From contig CAVRUC010000013.1 in NCBI GenBank assembly GCA_963724295.1, positions 523,210 through 587,209 of the forward strand: a DNA stretch of 64,000 nucleotides, read 5' to 3'. The first letter of the stretch is position 1; every line of letters begins with the position of its first letter. The stretch comes from an uncultured Chloroflexia bacterium (GTDB lineage Bacteria > Chloroflexota > Chloroflexia > Thermomicrobiales > UBA6265). This document shows, one piece after another, positions 44,712 through 55,387 of the stretch. The notes beneath the pieces were generated by a model. The model did no database searches. It was given only the letters and a program-made list of their open reading frames with translations, and was not told the DNA's origin. The position numbers and the translations under genes are program-made.

Positions 44712-45634
44712 CAGAGCCCCTCCGCGATCCGCCCATAGCGGAAGAGGACAGCGACCCCGGCCACCGTGACCAGGACCAGGATGCTGGCGGCCGCGGCGGC
44801 CTGCGGAAACTGGATGTAGGTGACGAAGTTCTGGATACCGAGACCGACCGAGCTGGTCTTACCGCCCCCGATCAAGCGCACGGTGGCGAACTCACCCATG
44901 CTCAGCACGAAGACGAAGACCGCGCCGATCACGATCCCCGGTCGCGCCAGGGGCAGCAGAATCTCGGTCAGCATGGCCCACCAGCCGGCGCCGGAATCGC
45001 GAGCTGCCTCCAGGATCGCGGGCTCGATCGTGGAGAGCGAGAAGAAGATCGGCGAGACCATGAAAAGGAGATAGAGCTGGATCATCGCCACCCGCACGGC
45101 AAAGTCCGAGAAGAGCAGGAAGTCGAGCGGCTGCGCGGTGATCCCCAGGTTGAGCAGAGCGGAGTTGAGGAACCCTTCGCGACCCATCATCGGGATCCAG
45201 GCAATCGCCCGGATCAGGAAACTGGTGAAGAACGGAGCCAGCAAGATGATGAACAGCGCGAACTTCCGCCGCAAGTCGGGCACCACCAGCGCCAGGTAAT
45301 ACGCCACCCAGAACCCGAGCAGGAACGTCACCACGGTGGTGATCACGGCGTTGAGGACCGTGTTGCCCAGGGTGCGGATGAAGACGTCCGAGTCCGCCAG
45401 GAGCCGGTAGTTGTCGAGCGTGAAGACGCGGTTGAAGCCGCTCAGCGTCGGCTCGAAAAAGCTGACGACGAGCACGACCACCACCGGGATGATCAGGAAT
45501 GCCAGCAGCCAGGCGACAGGGAAGGCCAGCAGCAGCGCCCAGGCGCTACCCGCCGCCAGGCGTAGGCGGGAGGCTGCAGCCGGGGGCGCGGCGCGGGTAT
45601 CCGCCGCGACGCTAGGCGAGGAGGAGCTGGACAT
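44711..45634 (-). CDS. ABC transporter permease (PotB-like)
   Basis: Start placed at 'MSSSSPS...' (45634), overlapping the ATPase 3' end. EAA-loop-like 'LEAARDSGAGWW'. Confidence 0.8.
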   Translation of the reverse strand: MSSSSSPSVAADTRAAPPAAASRLRLAAGSAWALLLAFPVAWLLAFLIIPVVVVLVVSFFEPTLSGFNRVFTLDNYRLLADSDVFIRTLGNTVLNAVITTVVTFLLGFWVAYYLALVVPDLRRKFALFIILLAPFFTSFLIRAIAWIPMMGREGFLNSALLNLGITAQPLDFLLFSDFAVRVAMIQLYLLFMVSPIFFSLSTIEPAILEAARDSGAGWWAMLTEILLPLARPGIVIGAVFVFVLSMGEFATVRLIGGGKTSSVGLGIQNFVTYIQFPQAAAAASILVLVTVAGVAVLFRYGRIAEGL

Positions 45635-46769
45635 CCTCAGGCTCCCACTCCAGGCGGACCGGCTCGCCTTCCACCAGACCCTCCCAGGCGCGGACGTTCT
45701 CGGCTCGCTTCGCCACGACCGTCCGCCCATTGGCAAGGCGGCAGTGCAGCTTCACGATGTCACCCAGGTATTCCAGGAAAATGAGCGTGGCGAGGACCTG
45801 ATTTGGTCGCTCCCCAGGCACGGCGCCATCGCCGAGCGGCGGCTCGGCGGAGACGCTGCCGGCCCGTACCGACGCGTGGAGGTTCTGCCCGACGGCAATG
45901 CCGGCTCCGTCGTGGCGAGCCAGGAGCCTCAGGCCATCGCCTTCGATCCAGACCTGACCGTCGGCGATCGCGCTGACCTGACCCGGTACGACGTTGTTGT
46001 CCCCCATGAACCCGCTGGTGAAGAGGTTGGCCGGGTGCCGGTAGACATCCTGCGGTCTCCCCACCTGCTGGATCCGCCCGTCCTGCATCACCACGATCTG
46101 ATCGGCGATGGCCAGCGCCTCCTCCTGGTTGTGGGTGACGTGGATGAAGGTGATCCGCAAGCGGCGCTGCAACGCGCGTAGCTCGACCCGCATCCGCAGC
46201 TGGAGCAGGCGGTCGAGGTCGCCCAGCGGCTCGTCGAGGAGCAGCACCGTTGGCTCGGTGACCAGGGCGCGGGCGAGCGCCACCCGCTGCTGCTGCCCGC
46301 CGGAGAGCTGGCGGGGTCGCCGCTCGGCCATTGACCTGAGATCCAGAAAGTCGAGCGCTTCTTCCGCCCGCCGCCGCCGTGCCTCTCGCGGCAGACCCCG
46401 CATCTTGAGACCGAACTCCACGTTGTCCCGCACGGACTTGTGCGGAAAGAGCCCGTAGTGCTGGAAGACGGTCGAGATGTCGCGGCGGGCTGGCGGGACG
46501 TCGTTCGTGCGGATACCGTCCAGGAGGAACTCACCCTCGTCGATCGTGGCATGGCCGCCGAGCATCCGCAGCAGCGTCGTCTTGCCGCAGCCGGAGGGAC
46601 CGAGCAGCACGACGTAGCTGCCGCCAGGCACAGTCAGGTCGACCTGATCGACCGCCGTGATGCCCTCGAACCGCTTGGTGACGCCGCGCAGGACGACCGT
46701 GCCCTTACCGCTCTCCGTGGCAACGGAATCCGCGGCTGGGGTCTGTTCCCGCGTCACGACGGCCGCCAT
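45612..46769 (-). CDS. ABC transporter ATP-binding protein (PotA-like)
   Basis: 'GPSGCGKTT', '[15 protein letters not shown]' and 'LLLDEPL'. Confidence 0.9.
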   Translation of the reverse strand: MAAVVTREQTPAADSVATESGKGTVVLRGVTKRFEGITAVDQVDLTVPGGSYVVLLGPSGCGKTTLLRMLGGHATIDEGEFLLDGIRTNDVPPARRDISTVFQHYGLFPHKSVRDNVEFGLKMRGLPREARRRRAEEALDFLDLRSMAERRPRQLSGGQQQRVALARALVTEPTVLLLDEPLGDLDRLLQLRMRVELRALQRRLRITFIHVTHNQEEALAIADQIVVMQDGRIQQVGRPQDVYRHPANLFTSGFMGDNNVVPGQVSAIADGQVWIEGDGLRLLARHDGAGIAVGQNLHASVRAGSVSAEPPLGDGAVPGERPNQVLATLIFLEYLGDIVKLHCRLANGRTVVAKRAENVRAWEGLVEGEPVRLEWEPEDVQLLLA

Positions 46770-46832
46770 TGCTCGCCTCTCGATGGTTGAGCGCGGGCCG
46801 CGATCCGGCCCGCGCCTCGAAGGTACCGATTA

Positions 46833-48197
46833 TCAGGACGCCAGGAACTCGTTCCACTTGCCGACGAGATACTGATGCTCGTCCATGATCGAGTTCCAGA
46901 CCGCGATGTTGGACATCCGGGTCTCGTAGCTTCCGCCGTCGCGGACCTCGCCCTTCTTGGCCACAACGCCACCGTCCGGCGCCAGCATGTCCTCGGCCGC
47001 CGGCTGGCCACCGTACCAGTAGTCCCACTCGGCCTGGGAGAGATGCTCTTTGGCATTTTCAGGAATCGAGAAGTAGTAGCCCTGGCGCGCAACCAGCGCG
47101 CCGGCCCACCCATTCATCCACCAGTCGATGTACTCGTAGATCGCGTCGAGCGTCGCGCCGGAGGCCTGGGCATTGATCATCATTCCGCCGTGCCAGCCGC
47201 GATAGCCTTCTTGCGGGCTGGCGTAGATGACCGGGATGTCGTTGGTGCGCAGCGCCGTCACCGCCGGCGACCACATGCTCTCGACGACGACCTCGCCGCT
47301 GGCCATCAGGTTGACCGACTCGTCGAAGGAGTTCCAGAAGGCGCGGAACTGCCCGGCCTGCTTCTGCTCGATGAGCAGATCCATAATCGTGTCGATCTCC
47401 TCCCGGGTCATGTTGCCGATGTCGTCGAAGGTGGTGAGCCCGGCGGCCTGCGCTCCGAGGGCCAGGTCCATGAGACCGGTTGAGGGATCGTTGAGGAGGC
47501 CAACCTTTCCCTTGTAATCGGTGTCATAGAAGATCGCCCAGGACTTCGCATCCTCGCTGTCGACAACTTCGCTGTGATAGCCGAAAGCGTCGACATTGTG
47601 GGTCAGCGGCAGCATCGAGACCTGCTCGGTCGGGTCAGAGAGGAGCGAGCCGTCGGGCTGGACGTAGAGGAGCCGCACCGGGGCGTCGCCGGCGCCGACC
47701 TTGGCCTCCTCGTTGATCTTGCCGACCGTGGTCAGGGGCGAGACGTTCTCCCACTGCGGCAAGCGAGTGACGTCGACCGGCTGGCAGACCCCGGCGCCCC
47801 AGACGATCTTGACCGAGTTGAACCACTGGTCATAGATGTCCCAGGCCTGCGGCTGCGTGACGGCGATTTGTTGTGCCGTCAAGCCGTCCTTGACGTCGTA
47901 TTGCAGGGTGATACCCAGATCTTGCTCTGCCTGCGCCTTGATCGGGTCGAGCAGGCTGACGCCGGTGCCGACCACGCGCAGCGTCGTTCCCTGCAGAAAC
48001 GCCGGCGCCGGGAATGTCGACCGCTTCGTTCCAACGAGCGGACTGGCGCCGATCGCGCTCGTGCCGGCGTGGGCGCCAAGCGCCGCCGCGGCGAGAGCCG
48101 CCGAGCCCTTGAGCAACGATCGTCGCGTCACCGCGGGCTGCTCTGGCTGCACGTTGGCGGGATGCGAGGACGTATCCGACGAACTCTTCCTGTTCAC
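46833..48197 (-). CDS. extracellular solute-binding protein with a Tat-type signal (PotD/PotF-like)
   Basis: 'TRRSLLKGSAALAAAALGA'. Size and position in the ABC operon fit. Confidence 0.8.
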   Translation of the reverse strand: MNRKSSSDTSSHPANVQPEQPAVTRRSLLKGSAALAAAALGAHAGTSAIGASPLVGTKRSTFPAPAFLQGTTLRVVGTGVSLLDPIKAQAEQDLGITLQYDVKDGLTAQQIAVTQPQAWDIYDQWFNSVKIVWGAGVCQPVDVTRLPQWENVSPLTTVGKINEEAKVGAGDAPVRLLYVQPDGSLLSDPTEQVSMLPLTHNVDAFGYHSEVVDSEDAKSWAIFYDTDYKGKVGLLNDPSTGLMDLALGAQAAGLTTFDDIGNMTREEIDTIMDLLIEQKQAGQFRAFWNSFDESVNLMASGEVVVESMWSPAVTALRTNDIPVIYASPQEGYRGWHGGMMINAQASGATLDAIYEYIDWWMNGWAGALVARQGYYFSIPENAKEHLSQAEWDYWYGGQPAAEDMLAPDGGVVAKKGEVRDGGSYETRMSNIAVWNSIMDEHQYLVGKWNEFLAS

Positions 48198-48333
48198 GAC
48201 GTTCCTCCTTCTGGTGACTCCGCATCGTCAGCGCGGCTCCCTTGCCGCGCACTCCGACAGCTCCCGCGCAATACCCCCTTTGTCTCGTGCGCGCATCGGC
48301 GCGTCCCGGATCGACCATGCTTCGGTCTCGACA

Positions 48334-49369
48334 TCATACCGCCGCTGCCAGATCCTGGAATGCCTCGAGTGACGCCTCCACCTGAGCCAGATCCAGGTCA
48401 CGCGCGATGAAGACGATCCGGCTGCGGCGGTCCGCGTCCGGCCACTCCCGCAGATGGCGCGGCACGTGGATGACGTGCTGCACGCCCTCCACCAGCAGCG
48501 GTCCTCGTCCCGCGCCGACGTTGAGCAGACCTTTCAGCCGCAGGACGCGGTCGCCGTGCCGGTGGAGCACCATGGTCAACCAGATACCGAACATCTGCCA
48601 GTTGAGCGGGCGGTCGAAGATGAGACACCGGGACGCAACTCGACCGTTCATCCCGTGCACGGCCGCCGGCGCCATCGGGTCACCATTGTCGCGCGTACGA
48701 GACTCCGCCCAACCGGCCAAACCCTACGCCATCGCGTTGCGATTCCTCACCAAGCAATGGCGCGAAATCGATGCTGCCGAAGCTGGCATCGACGACGGTC
48801 GCGGTGGGATTGATCGATCGCAACTTCGCCTTCAGCTCCTCGGTCGCCTCTGGCGTGGCCAGGTCTCGCTTGGTCACGATCACGTGGTCGGCGGCTGCCA
48901 CCTGCCGCAGTGCCTCGCCGTAGCTGTCGAGATTGCTTGCACCGGCGACGGCGTCGATCGTGGTCACTACCCGCTCCACCCGGAAATGGTTGCGGACCAC
49001 CGGCTCGGCGACGATCGTGTGCAGGATCGGCGCCGGATCGGCAAGTCCGGTCGTTTCGATCACGACGCGGCCGAAACGGGGGATCGTGCCGCGCTCCCGC
49101 TGGCTCAGCAGATGGCGCAACGCCTCGGACAGGTCGTCGCGCATCGAGCAGCAGACGCAGCCGTTGCGCAGCAGCGTCGTCCGCACATCCGTCTTCCGGA
49201 CCAGATGGTGATCGATCCCCACCTCCCCGAACTCGTTGACGATGACGGCGATCTCGCCGGCTTCGGGAGCGAGCAGGAGGTTCCTCAGCAACGTCGTCTT
49301 GCCACTGCCGAGGAAGCCGGAGACGACCAGAATCGGGATCGGGCCGTGGTCGTTTGCGAGCGCCATCAA
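48334..49369 (-). pseudogene. COG0523/CobW-family GTPase metallochaperone with an apparent frameshift near 48690-48720
   Basis: 'VVSGFLGSGKTTLL', 'GCVCCS' and 'ETTGLADP' lie in ORF 48680..49369. The CobW C-terminal domain ('LIFDRPLNWQMFGIWL...LRLKGLL') lies in ORF 48334..48720. Confidence 0.7.
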
Positions 49370-49752
49370 CTGCTTTCCGGGACCCCCGATCCACTCCGCC
49401 TCGTACGGGCCCGCACGCGGTCGAGAAATGCCGGCGCCAGCGGGTCGAGCGGCGCTCCCAGAATCTGCTCGGCCGCGGGTAAGAGGGCAGCGAGATCCGG
49501 CGCGATCGCGGTGTTCCCCTTGGCATCGCGCACGATGTAGCTACTCCCCTCCCAATCCTGGTAGTGCAGCCCGTAGCCAGCGAGGACGGCGCTGATCAGT
49601 TGGGCGCGGCTAGCCCGGTCGCGCAGCCGCTGACCGCGCCGGTCGACGTGGATCTCGAGCGCCACCGTGCCGTCTGGCGCTTCGGTCCGCTCGTCGGCCG
49701 CGACCTCAGCCCAATGCTGTTCCGTCCAGAGGGCTCCGCAGAGCACGCACAT
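49366..49752 (-). CDS. hypothetical protein, translationally coupled to the COG0523 gene
   Basis: 128-aa ORF 'MCVLCGALWTEQHW...'. ATGA-type overlap with the downstream gene. Confidence 0.5.
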   Translation of the reverse strand: MCVLCGALWTEQHWAEVAADERTEAPDGTVALEIHVDRRGQRLRDRASRAQLISAVLAGYGLHYQDWEGSSYIVRDAKGNTAIAPDLAALLPAAEQILGAPLDPLAPAFLDRVRARTRRSGSGVPESS

Positions 49753-49759
49753 CAGGAAA

Positions 49760-50695
49760 TCAGTCGGCGGCCTGGCCGGTCGGCCACTGCTCGATCACGC
49801 TCTCCGGGCGGGCGGTGCCGGAGCGCGGATAACGCTCCCTGAAATCGGCGGCGATCTCCTCGAAGGTCGCCCAGCGCACCCCGTCGTGCCCGTTGATGTA
49901 TTCGATCAGGCGCTCCAGCATCAGCAGCACCTGTGGCCGGCCGGAGACATCGGGGTGGATGGTGATGGGGAAGACCGCGTAGTCATACTCGCGGTAGACC
50001 CAATCGAACTGGTCGCGCCAGATCTCCTCCAGATGACGCGGGTTGACGAATCCGTGACTATTCGGCGCCTTCTTGATGAACATCATCGGCGGCAGGTCGT
50101 CGATGTACCAGTTGGCGCCGATCTCGACCAGGTCCGTCTCCTCGCCGCGCACGAGTGGCTTCATCCACGTCTCGGCCGACTGCGAGTAGTCGATCTTCGT
50201 CCAGCTGTCTCCCACCCGCGCGTAGAAGGGATGAAAGTCGTTGTCCATGCGGCTGTGGTCGTAGGTGATGCCATTCTTGAGGAGCAGCGCCACGGTGGCC
50301 GCGCTCAGCTCCCACCACGGCGCCACGTACCCGGTCGGACGCCGCCCGGAGAAGCGCTCGATGAGATCGATGCACTTGTTGAGGACCGTCTCTTCCTGCT
50401 CCGGCGTCATGGCGACCGGGTTCTCATGCGAATAGCCGTGCAGACCGATCTCGTGTCCGGCGTCAGCCACCATCTGCATCTGCCGGGGAAAGGTCTCGAT
50501 CGAGTGGCCGGGGATGAACCAGGTCGTGCGCAGGCCATATTTGTCGAACATCTTGAGCAGGCGAGGGCTCCCGATCTCGCCGGCGAAGAGACCGCGCGTG
50601 ATGTCGCAGGGCGAATCCTCACCGCCATACGATCCCAACCAGCCAGCCACGGCGTCCACGTCGATGCCGACGGTGCAGAAGACCTCCTTCGCCAC
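49760..50695 (-). CDS. polysaccharide-deacetylase-fold hydrolase (PuuE/allantoinase-like)
   Basis: GTG start (cac 50693-50695) after GAGGAGGA. '[15 protein letters not shown]...[13 protein letters not shown]...[12 protein letters not shown]'. Only the last 312 codons of the 775-aa ORF are kept. Confidence 0.8.
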   Translation of the reverse strand: MAKEVFCTVGIDVDAVAGWLGSYGGEDSPCDITRGLFAGEIGSPRLLKMFDKYGLRTTWFIPGHSIETFPRQMQMVADAGHEIGLHGYSHENPVAMTPEQEETVLNKCIDLIERFSGRRPTGYVAPWWELSAATVALLLKNGITYDHSRMDNDFHPFYARVGDSWTKIDYSQSAETWMKPLVRGEETDLVEIGANWYIDDLPPMMFIKKAPNSHGFVNPRHLEEIWRDQFDWVYREYDYAVFPITIHPDVSGRPQVLLMLERLIEYINGHDGVRWATFEEIAADFRERYPRSGTARPESVIEQWPTGQAAD

Positions 50696-50995
50696 GTCTT
50701 CCTCCTCACTGGAATCGAGCGGCTCCGCCGCCCATGTCCGCCTCAACCGGTGACCGGCCGGCACCTTATCACCGCCCGCTGAGGCGGTCAATTCGAGTTC
50801 TACCGACGGGTTGCGTTCAGAAGCCGATCGCCATCCCACGGCTTGGCGAAGTACCAATGCTCCCTCTCCCTGCGCCCAGGGCCGGGTACCGGGTGCCCTC
50901 TGGGCGTGGTGACGTTGGGGTGAGGGTTTTCCGCGTCGATCTCTTATGATCCCGCGCCATACGCAGTACTGGCTGGAACGACAGGAGTCCATGTG

Positions 50996-51841
50996 ATGAC
51001 CGACACGACCCGCTCGTTGCCCCGGGAACCGCTCTTGCTGGCCGATCTCTCCTCGCCCGAAACGCAAGACCTGCTGCCCCACCTCGAGCTGGTGCTGCTG
51101 CCGGTCGGGGCCCACGAGCAGCACGGGCCGAACATCGCCGTCTCGACCGACACCATCAGCGCCGATGCCTTGTGCCGGGCCGCCGCCGCACTGGTGGGAC
51201 CGGCGGTGGCCGTGGCCCCGGTTGTCCCCTGGGGCGTCTCCTGGCACCATCTGCGTTTCCCCGGCACCATCTCTCTCCGGCCGTCCACCCTGATCGCCGT
51301 GCTGGAGGACATCGTCGGTTCCCTCTATGGGCACGGCATGCGCCGCTTCCTGGTGGTCAACGGCCATGGCGGCAACAACGCGGCCATTACCACCGCGGTC
51401 GAGCAGATCAAGCACGACACCGGCGTGCCCTTGATCGCCTCCGTGTTCGGCTACGCCTTGATCGCCGAGCAAGCGAAGAAGCTTTTGCCTCCGGAGGCGA
51501 TCGGTCACGGCGGCGGTGACGAGGCGGCCCTGGTGATGGCCGTCGAGCCGCACCGGGCCAAGCCGTCTGCCTTCGCCGCACCGCGGCCGACGGGTCGTCA
51601 GGTCGAATCGGCGGCACTCCTGCGGGCGTACGGTGGCGTCCTCGCGCGCCGCTACGACGAGGTCACCCACAATGGAGCGACCGGCGACGCCACGTCGGCC
51701 TCGGCGGAAGCCGGCCGCCAGATCCTGGACGGAGCCGCGCGGCGCCTGGCCGAGATCATCGAGGTCTTGCTGCGTGAGGCAGATGCGGCGGAGGAGACCC
51801 AGGCGGGAGTGAACGAGCGAGGCCGCCGGGTGGATGGTTAG
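50996..51841 (+). CDS. creatininase-family amidohydrolase
   Basis: '[20 protein letters not shown]...[12 protein letters not shown]...VVNGHGGN'. Confidence 0.85.
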   Translation: MTDTTRSLPREPLLLADLSSPETQDLLPHLELVLLPVGAHEQHGPNIAVSTDTISADALCRAAAALVGPAVAVAPVVPWGVSWHHLRFPGTISLRPSTLIAVLEDIVGSLYGHGMRRFLVVNGHGGNNAAITTAVEQIKHDTGVPLIASVFGYALIAEQAKKLLPPEAIGHGGGDEAALVMAVEPHRAKPSAFAAPRPTGRQVESAALLRAYGGVLARRYDEVTHNGATGDATSASAEAGRQILDGAARRLAEIIEVLLREADAAEETQAGVNERGRRVDG

Positions 51842-51915
51842 GCGATTGTGGAGCGTCGCCGGCAAGAGCATCGGTAGGGGCACGGCATGCCGTGCCCGGG
51901 CCACGAAGATCGGTA

Positions 51916-52665
51916 TCAACGAAGCGATGCGGACGCCGTCGACTCCTGCCCAACGTTCCGCGTCTGGAACCAGATGATCCCGTTGAGCACCAGCACCCAC
52001 AGCGGAAAGACGACCACCAGCCAGACGTTGAGCGTTGCCACCAGAAAGAGCGCCGCGGCCACGCCGTAACTGCCAAAGACGAACCACCTCGGGAGCAGTT
52101 GCGCCTCGTGACCGAGCTTGGCGGTCGTGGTCACGAAGATCGCTGCCATCCGCATCCCGAAGATCATGAGCAGCGTCCGGCTATAGAGCGGAAACTGGCG
52201 GGCCACGGCCGGATCGACCGGGAGGTTCGCTAGCTCGACGCTACTGGCCACGATTGTGCCCGCCCCGGCCGCGGCGAAGGCGAGGGTGATGAAGCCAACG
52301 CCGCTCAACATCTGAACGGTTGCCAACAGGCGATCGATCCTGCGGGAGCTCATCTCCACTCACTGCCGCAACGCGGCAATGAACCAGAGGAAAGCGACCG
52401 CGGCCAGGGGTAGTACGTAGAGGCCGCTTAGCACGAGGCGGCGCTGGGCGCCGCTGGCATAGAAGGTCACCAGCTCCTGATTGGTTGACCGGGGGCCGGG
52501 TGTCCCGGCCAGCATCGCCAGGCCGCCGAGGAACAGGACGGCAAAGGCGATGCCCAGGACGCTCGTCAGGCGCGCGGCCGCAAGATTCCCCGATGCGGCT
52601 GCCAATCTGCAGTTTTCAGCTTCCGGCACGTTTCGGAGATCGCCAGGAAGGATATCGCTTTCCAA
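51916..52665 (-). pseudogene. multi-TM membrane protein interrupted by one in-frame TGA (52360-52362)
   Basis: ORFs 52360..52665 and 51916..52359 are in the same frame and contiguous: '...LWFIAALRQ*VEMSSRRIDRLLATVQML...'. Confidence 0.6.
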
Positions 52666-52686
52666 GCGAATGGAGGTTCCTCGACG

Positions 52687-55176
52687 CTACAAGACCTTCG
52701 CGCCACCCGTCAGTTCGTCGGCGAGTGCGACCGCCTCGGTAATCGCCTCTTGCAATGGAAGTGCTCGACCGGCGTCTCGGGCTGTGGTGAACGCCTCCTC
52801 TCCGAGCGCTTCCCGCATTCTCGTGATGGCATCCTCACGCGTGGCAGTAATGAGTCCCGGGAGGGCTTGAGCGTGCCCCGCCAGGGCGTCCAATGCCCCA
52901 ACCAGGCGCACGGACCGCGCAAATTGGCCGAAACGGCTCCCGAGCCAGATGAGTCCGTGGAGGTTGTAGGACATACCGACTACGAAGTCCCCCTCCCAAC
53001 CGAGGACCAGACCCTCGCGGTAATAGTCGGCCGCCGACACCAGTTCACCACGTGCCAGGGCCAGCTCACCCCTGAAGGCGAGCGCGGCCGATAGGACTCC
53101 CTTCGAGTCGAGAGCGCGGCCAAGGGCAAGCGCCCGTTCCAGTTGCTCCTCCGCGTGGTGGAAATCCCCTCTCATCAGGGCTAACCAGCCTTGGATCAAT
53201 GCCACGAAGTTCGCCTCGAAGCTATTCGCGTCGCCGAGCGACTCGAGTAACTGCTCACTCTCAGCTATCAACGCTTCGCCCCGCGCCGGATCGCCCCCAA
53301 TTCCGACCGCACCGGCGAGGTAGGCTTGCAGGAACGCCGTCTGCCGGAGGTCTCCCAACTCACGCATGAGTGCCGCCGCCTCCTCAAAGGGCTCTATGCT
53401 GCGCGCGATGTCAACGTGTTGAAATAACACAGATCCCAGCGCCCCTAAGGCGGCGGCGGTTCCGCGCTTGTCACCTGCACTGCGGGCCAGAGCGAGGCTT
53501 TCTGAAAGCCGAGCTTCCGCGGTTCCCATGTCGCCTTCCAGCCCGGCCAGTTCCCCGGCCCATCGCAACGCGACGATGCGGTCCCCGGCTGGCGTGTCGT
53601 CGGCGGTCGGCTGCGCCAGAAACGTCTCCAGCCACGCGCGACCCTCCGCGCTGGCACTGCGCAGACGCCAGAACCCGCCTAGGGCGGCGGCCAGTCGCAA
53701 TCCGGCCCCGGTCTCCTCTCGGTCTCGCAGCCAGGTCAGGGCCACGCGCAGATTAGCCTGCTCGGCCTCCAGACGTGCGAGCCACTCCCCTGGCACCGCG
53801 GCCGCCAGGTCCGCTCCTCCCGCCTGCGCCAGTGCGACGTAGTACTGAGCATGACGATGACCGACCTGGTCCGCCTCGCCATGGATCGCCAGTCGCTCCA
53901 AACCGAACTCGCGTAGCGTCTCGAGCATCGCAAAGCGCCGCTGCCCATTCGGCTGCTCGGTAGCCTGCACCAGGCTGGCACGGGCGAGTGCTTCCAACCC
54001 TTCCAGCACGTCCAAGCCATGGCGTGCGCCACTTACCACTTCTGCCGCCTCGATCGTCCAGCCACCAGCGAAGACCGCCAGGCACCGAAACAGCGTCTGC
54101 TCCTGTGGGGCCAGCAGATCGTAGCCCCAGGCAATCGCGTCACGCATCGTGCGCTGCCGTGGCGGCAGATCCCGGTTGCCACCCGTGAGCAAGAGCAGCC
54201 GTTTCTCGAGGCGGTCCAACAGCGCATCGGGCGGCAAAACACTCGTCCATGCCGCGGCCAGCTCGATGGCGAGAGGGAGGCCGTCGAGGCGGCGACAGAT
54301 GGCGGAGACAGCAGCGGCATTGTCCGATGTGAGCGCAAAGTCCGGGTTATTCGCGGTTGCGCGCTCGATGAATAGCGCGACCGCGGGGATGCGGGCCAGC
54401 ACGTCAATCGACGGAAGGTGATCCGCTCCCGGCAACCGCAGGGGCATCAGCGGAAAGACGCGCTCGCCCCGCACGTGAAGTGCCTCCCGGCTCGTAATGA
54501 GAACAGACACCCGTGGACACCTGGCAAGCAGGGTGGCGACCTCCGCGGCAGCACCGAGAACCTGCTCGAAGTTGTCGAGGAGGAGCAGCGTCTGTTTCGC
54601 CGTGAGATCGCTGCAGAGCGTGTCAATGAGTCGTTGCCCGGCGCGCTCGCGCACACCGATCGCCGTGGCGATGGTAGAGAGAACCAGCGTCGCATCGGAG
54701 AGCGGCGCCAAATCGACAAAGACGACGCTCTCCCGGAATTCGCCTTGCAGGCGTGCTCCGACCTCGAGGGCGAGGCGGGTCTTCCCGCTACCTCCCGCAC
54801 CAGTCAGGGTCAACAGCCGGGTTTCGCCGCTGCCCACCATGGAGGTGAGCGTCGCGACTTCCTGATCCCGGCCGAGGAGCGGAGTGAGGGGTAGCGGAAG
54901 CAAGGGACAGCCACCAGAAGCAGCATCCGCCGTGTCCGGCAGCGCCCCCGGCCGTGCCGCGGCCAGGAGCGCTTGCCGGTCCGCCGGGTCGAGCCCAAGC
55001 GCATCGGCGAGCACGCGCACGGTGGTCAGATGTGGCGCGCGGCGTACCCCCCGTTCCAGGTCGCTGATCCCGCGCAGGCTCAATCCGGAGCGGCAGGCCA
55101 GCTCTTCCTGAGACAAGGCCGCAGTGGTTCGCAGATGTCGCAAGAGATCGGCGAACGAGGTAATGGCGCTGCTCAT
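52687..55176 (-). CDS. XRE-family HTH + P-loop NTPase + TPR-like STAND-type regulator
   Basis: Start 'MSSAITSFADLL' after GGAGGG. 'LSQEELACRSGLSLRGISDLERG', 'LTGAGGSGKTRLALEV' and 'LLLLDNFEQVL'. Confidence 0.9.
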   Translation of the reverse strand: MSSAITSFADLLRHLRTTAALSQEELACRSGLSLRGISDLERGVRRAPHLTTVRVLADALGLDPADRQALLAAARPGALPDTADAASGGCPLLPLPLTPLLGRDQEVATLTSMVGSGETRLLTLTGAGGSGKTRLALEVGARLQGEFRESVVFVDLAPLSDATLVLSTIATAIGVRERAGQRLIDTLCSDLTAKQTLLLLDNFEQVLGAAAEVATLLARCPRVSVLITSREALHVRGERVFPLMPLRLPGADHLPSIDVLARIPAVALFIERATANNPDFALTSDNAAAVSAICRRLDGLPLAIELAAAWTSVLPPDALLDRLEKRLLLLTGGNRDLPPRQRTMRDAIAWGYDLLAPQEQTLFRCLAVFAGGWTIEAAEVVSGARHGLDVLEGLEALARASLVQATEQPNGQRRFAMLETLREFGLERLAIHGEADQVGHRHAQYYVALAQAGGADLAAAVPGEWLARLEAEQANLRVALTWLRDREETGAGLRLAAALGGFWRLRSASAEGRAWLETFLAQPTADDTPAGDRIVALRWAGELAGLEGDMGTAEARLSESLALARSAGDKRGTAAALGALGSVLFQHVDIARSIEPFEEAAALMRELGDLRQTAFLQAYLAGAVGIGGDPARGEALIAESEQLLESLGDANSFEANFVALIQGWLALMRGDFHHAEEQLERALALGRALDSKGVLSAALAFRGELALARGELVSAADYYREGLVLGWEGDFVVGMSYNLHGLIWLGSRFGQFARSVRLVGALDALAGHAQALPGLITATREDAITRMREALGEEAFTTARDAGRALPLQEAITEAVALADELTGGAKVL

Positions 55177-55387
55177 GGCGCCCCTCCAGACAACGCGGGG
55201 CAATCGACTACACACCCCGGCCGGATGAGACCGGATAGTAGCACATGTGAGAGGAAAATTAACAAATCATTGCGTGGGCATTGCGTGGGTAATGCGCGTA
55301 GTGGCGCGGCGACTCACGGCGCAGACTGGCGACTCGGGACTGTCACGCCCGAAGCGACCTGCCCCCGATGCACCCGGAGGACCGACC

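Noticed and set aside
49760-52087. 775-aa ORF on the minus strand.
   Set aside because: Only the last 312 codons (49760..50695, GTG start after GAGGAGGA) look like a real protein of the deacetylase fold. The upstream 460 codons are Arg/Gly-rich. They run antisense through the divergent promoter, the creatininase gene (50996..51841) and into the next gene, which is a typical high-GC shadow-ORF extension.
52360-52362. In-frame TGA as a selenocysteine codon.
   Set aside because: I could not see a convincing SECIS-like hairpin immediately downstream. The context is a hydrophobic membrane segment with no redox motif, and many other genes in the window are also disrupted. A nonsense mutation or sequencing error is more parsimonious.
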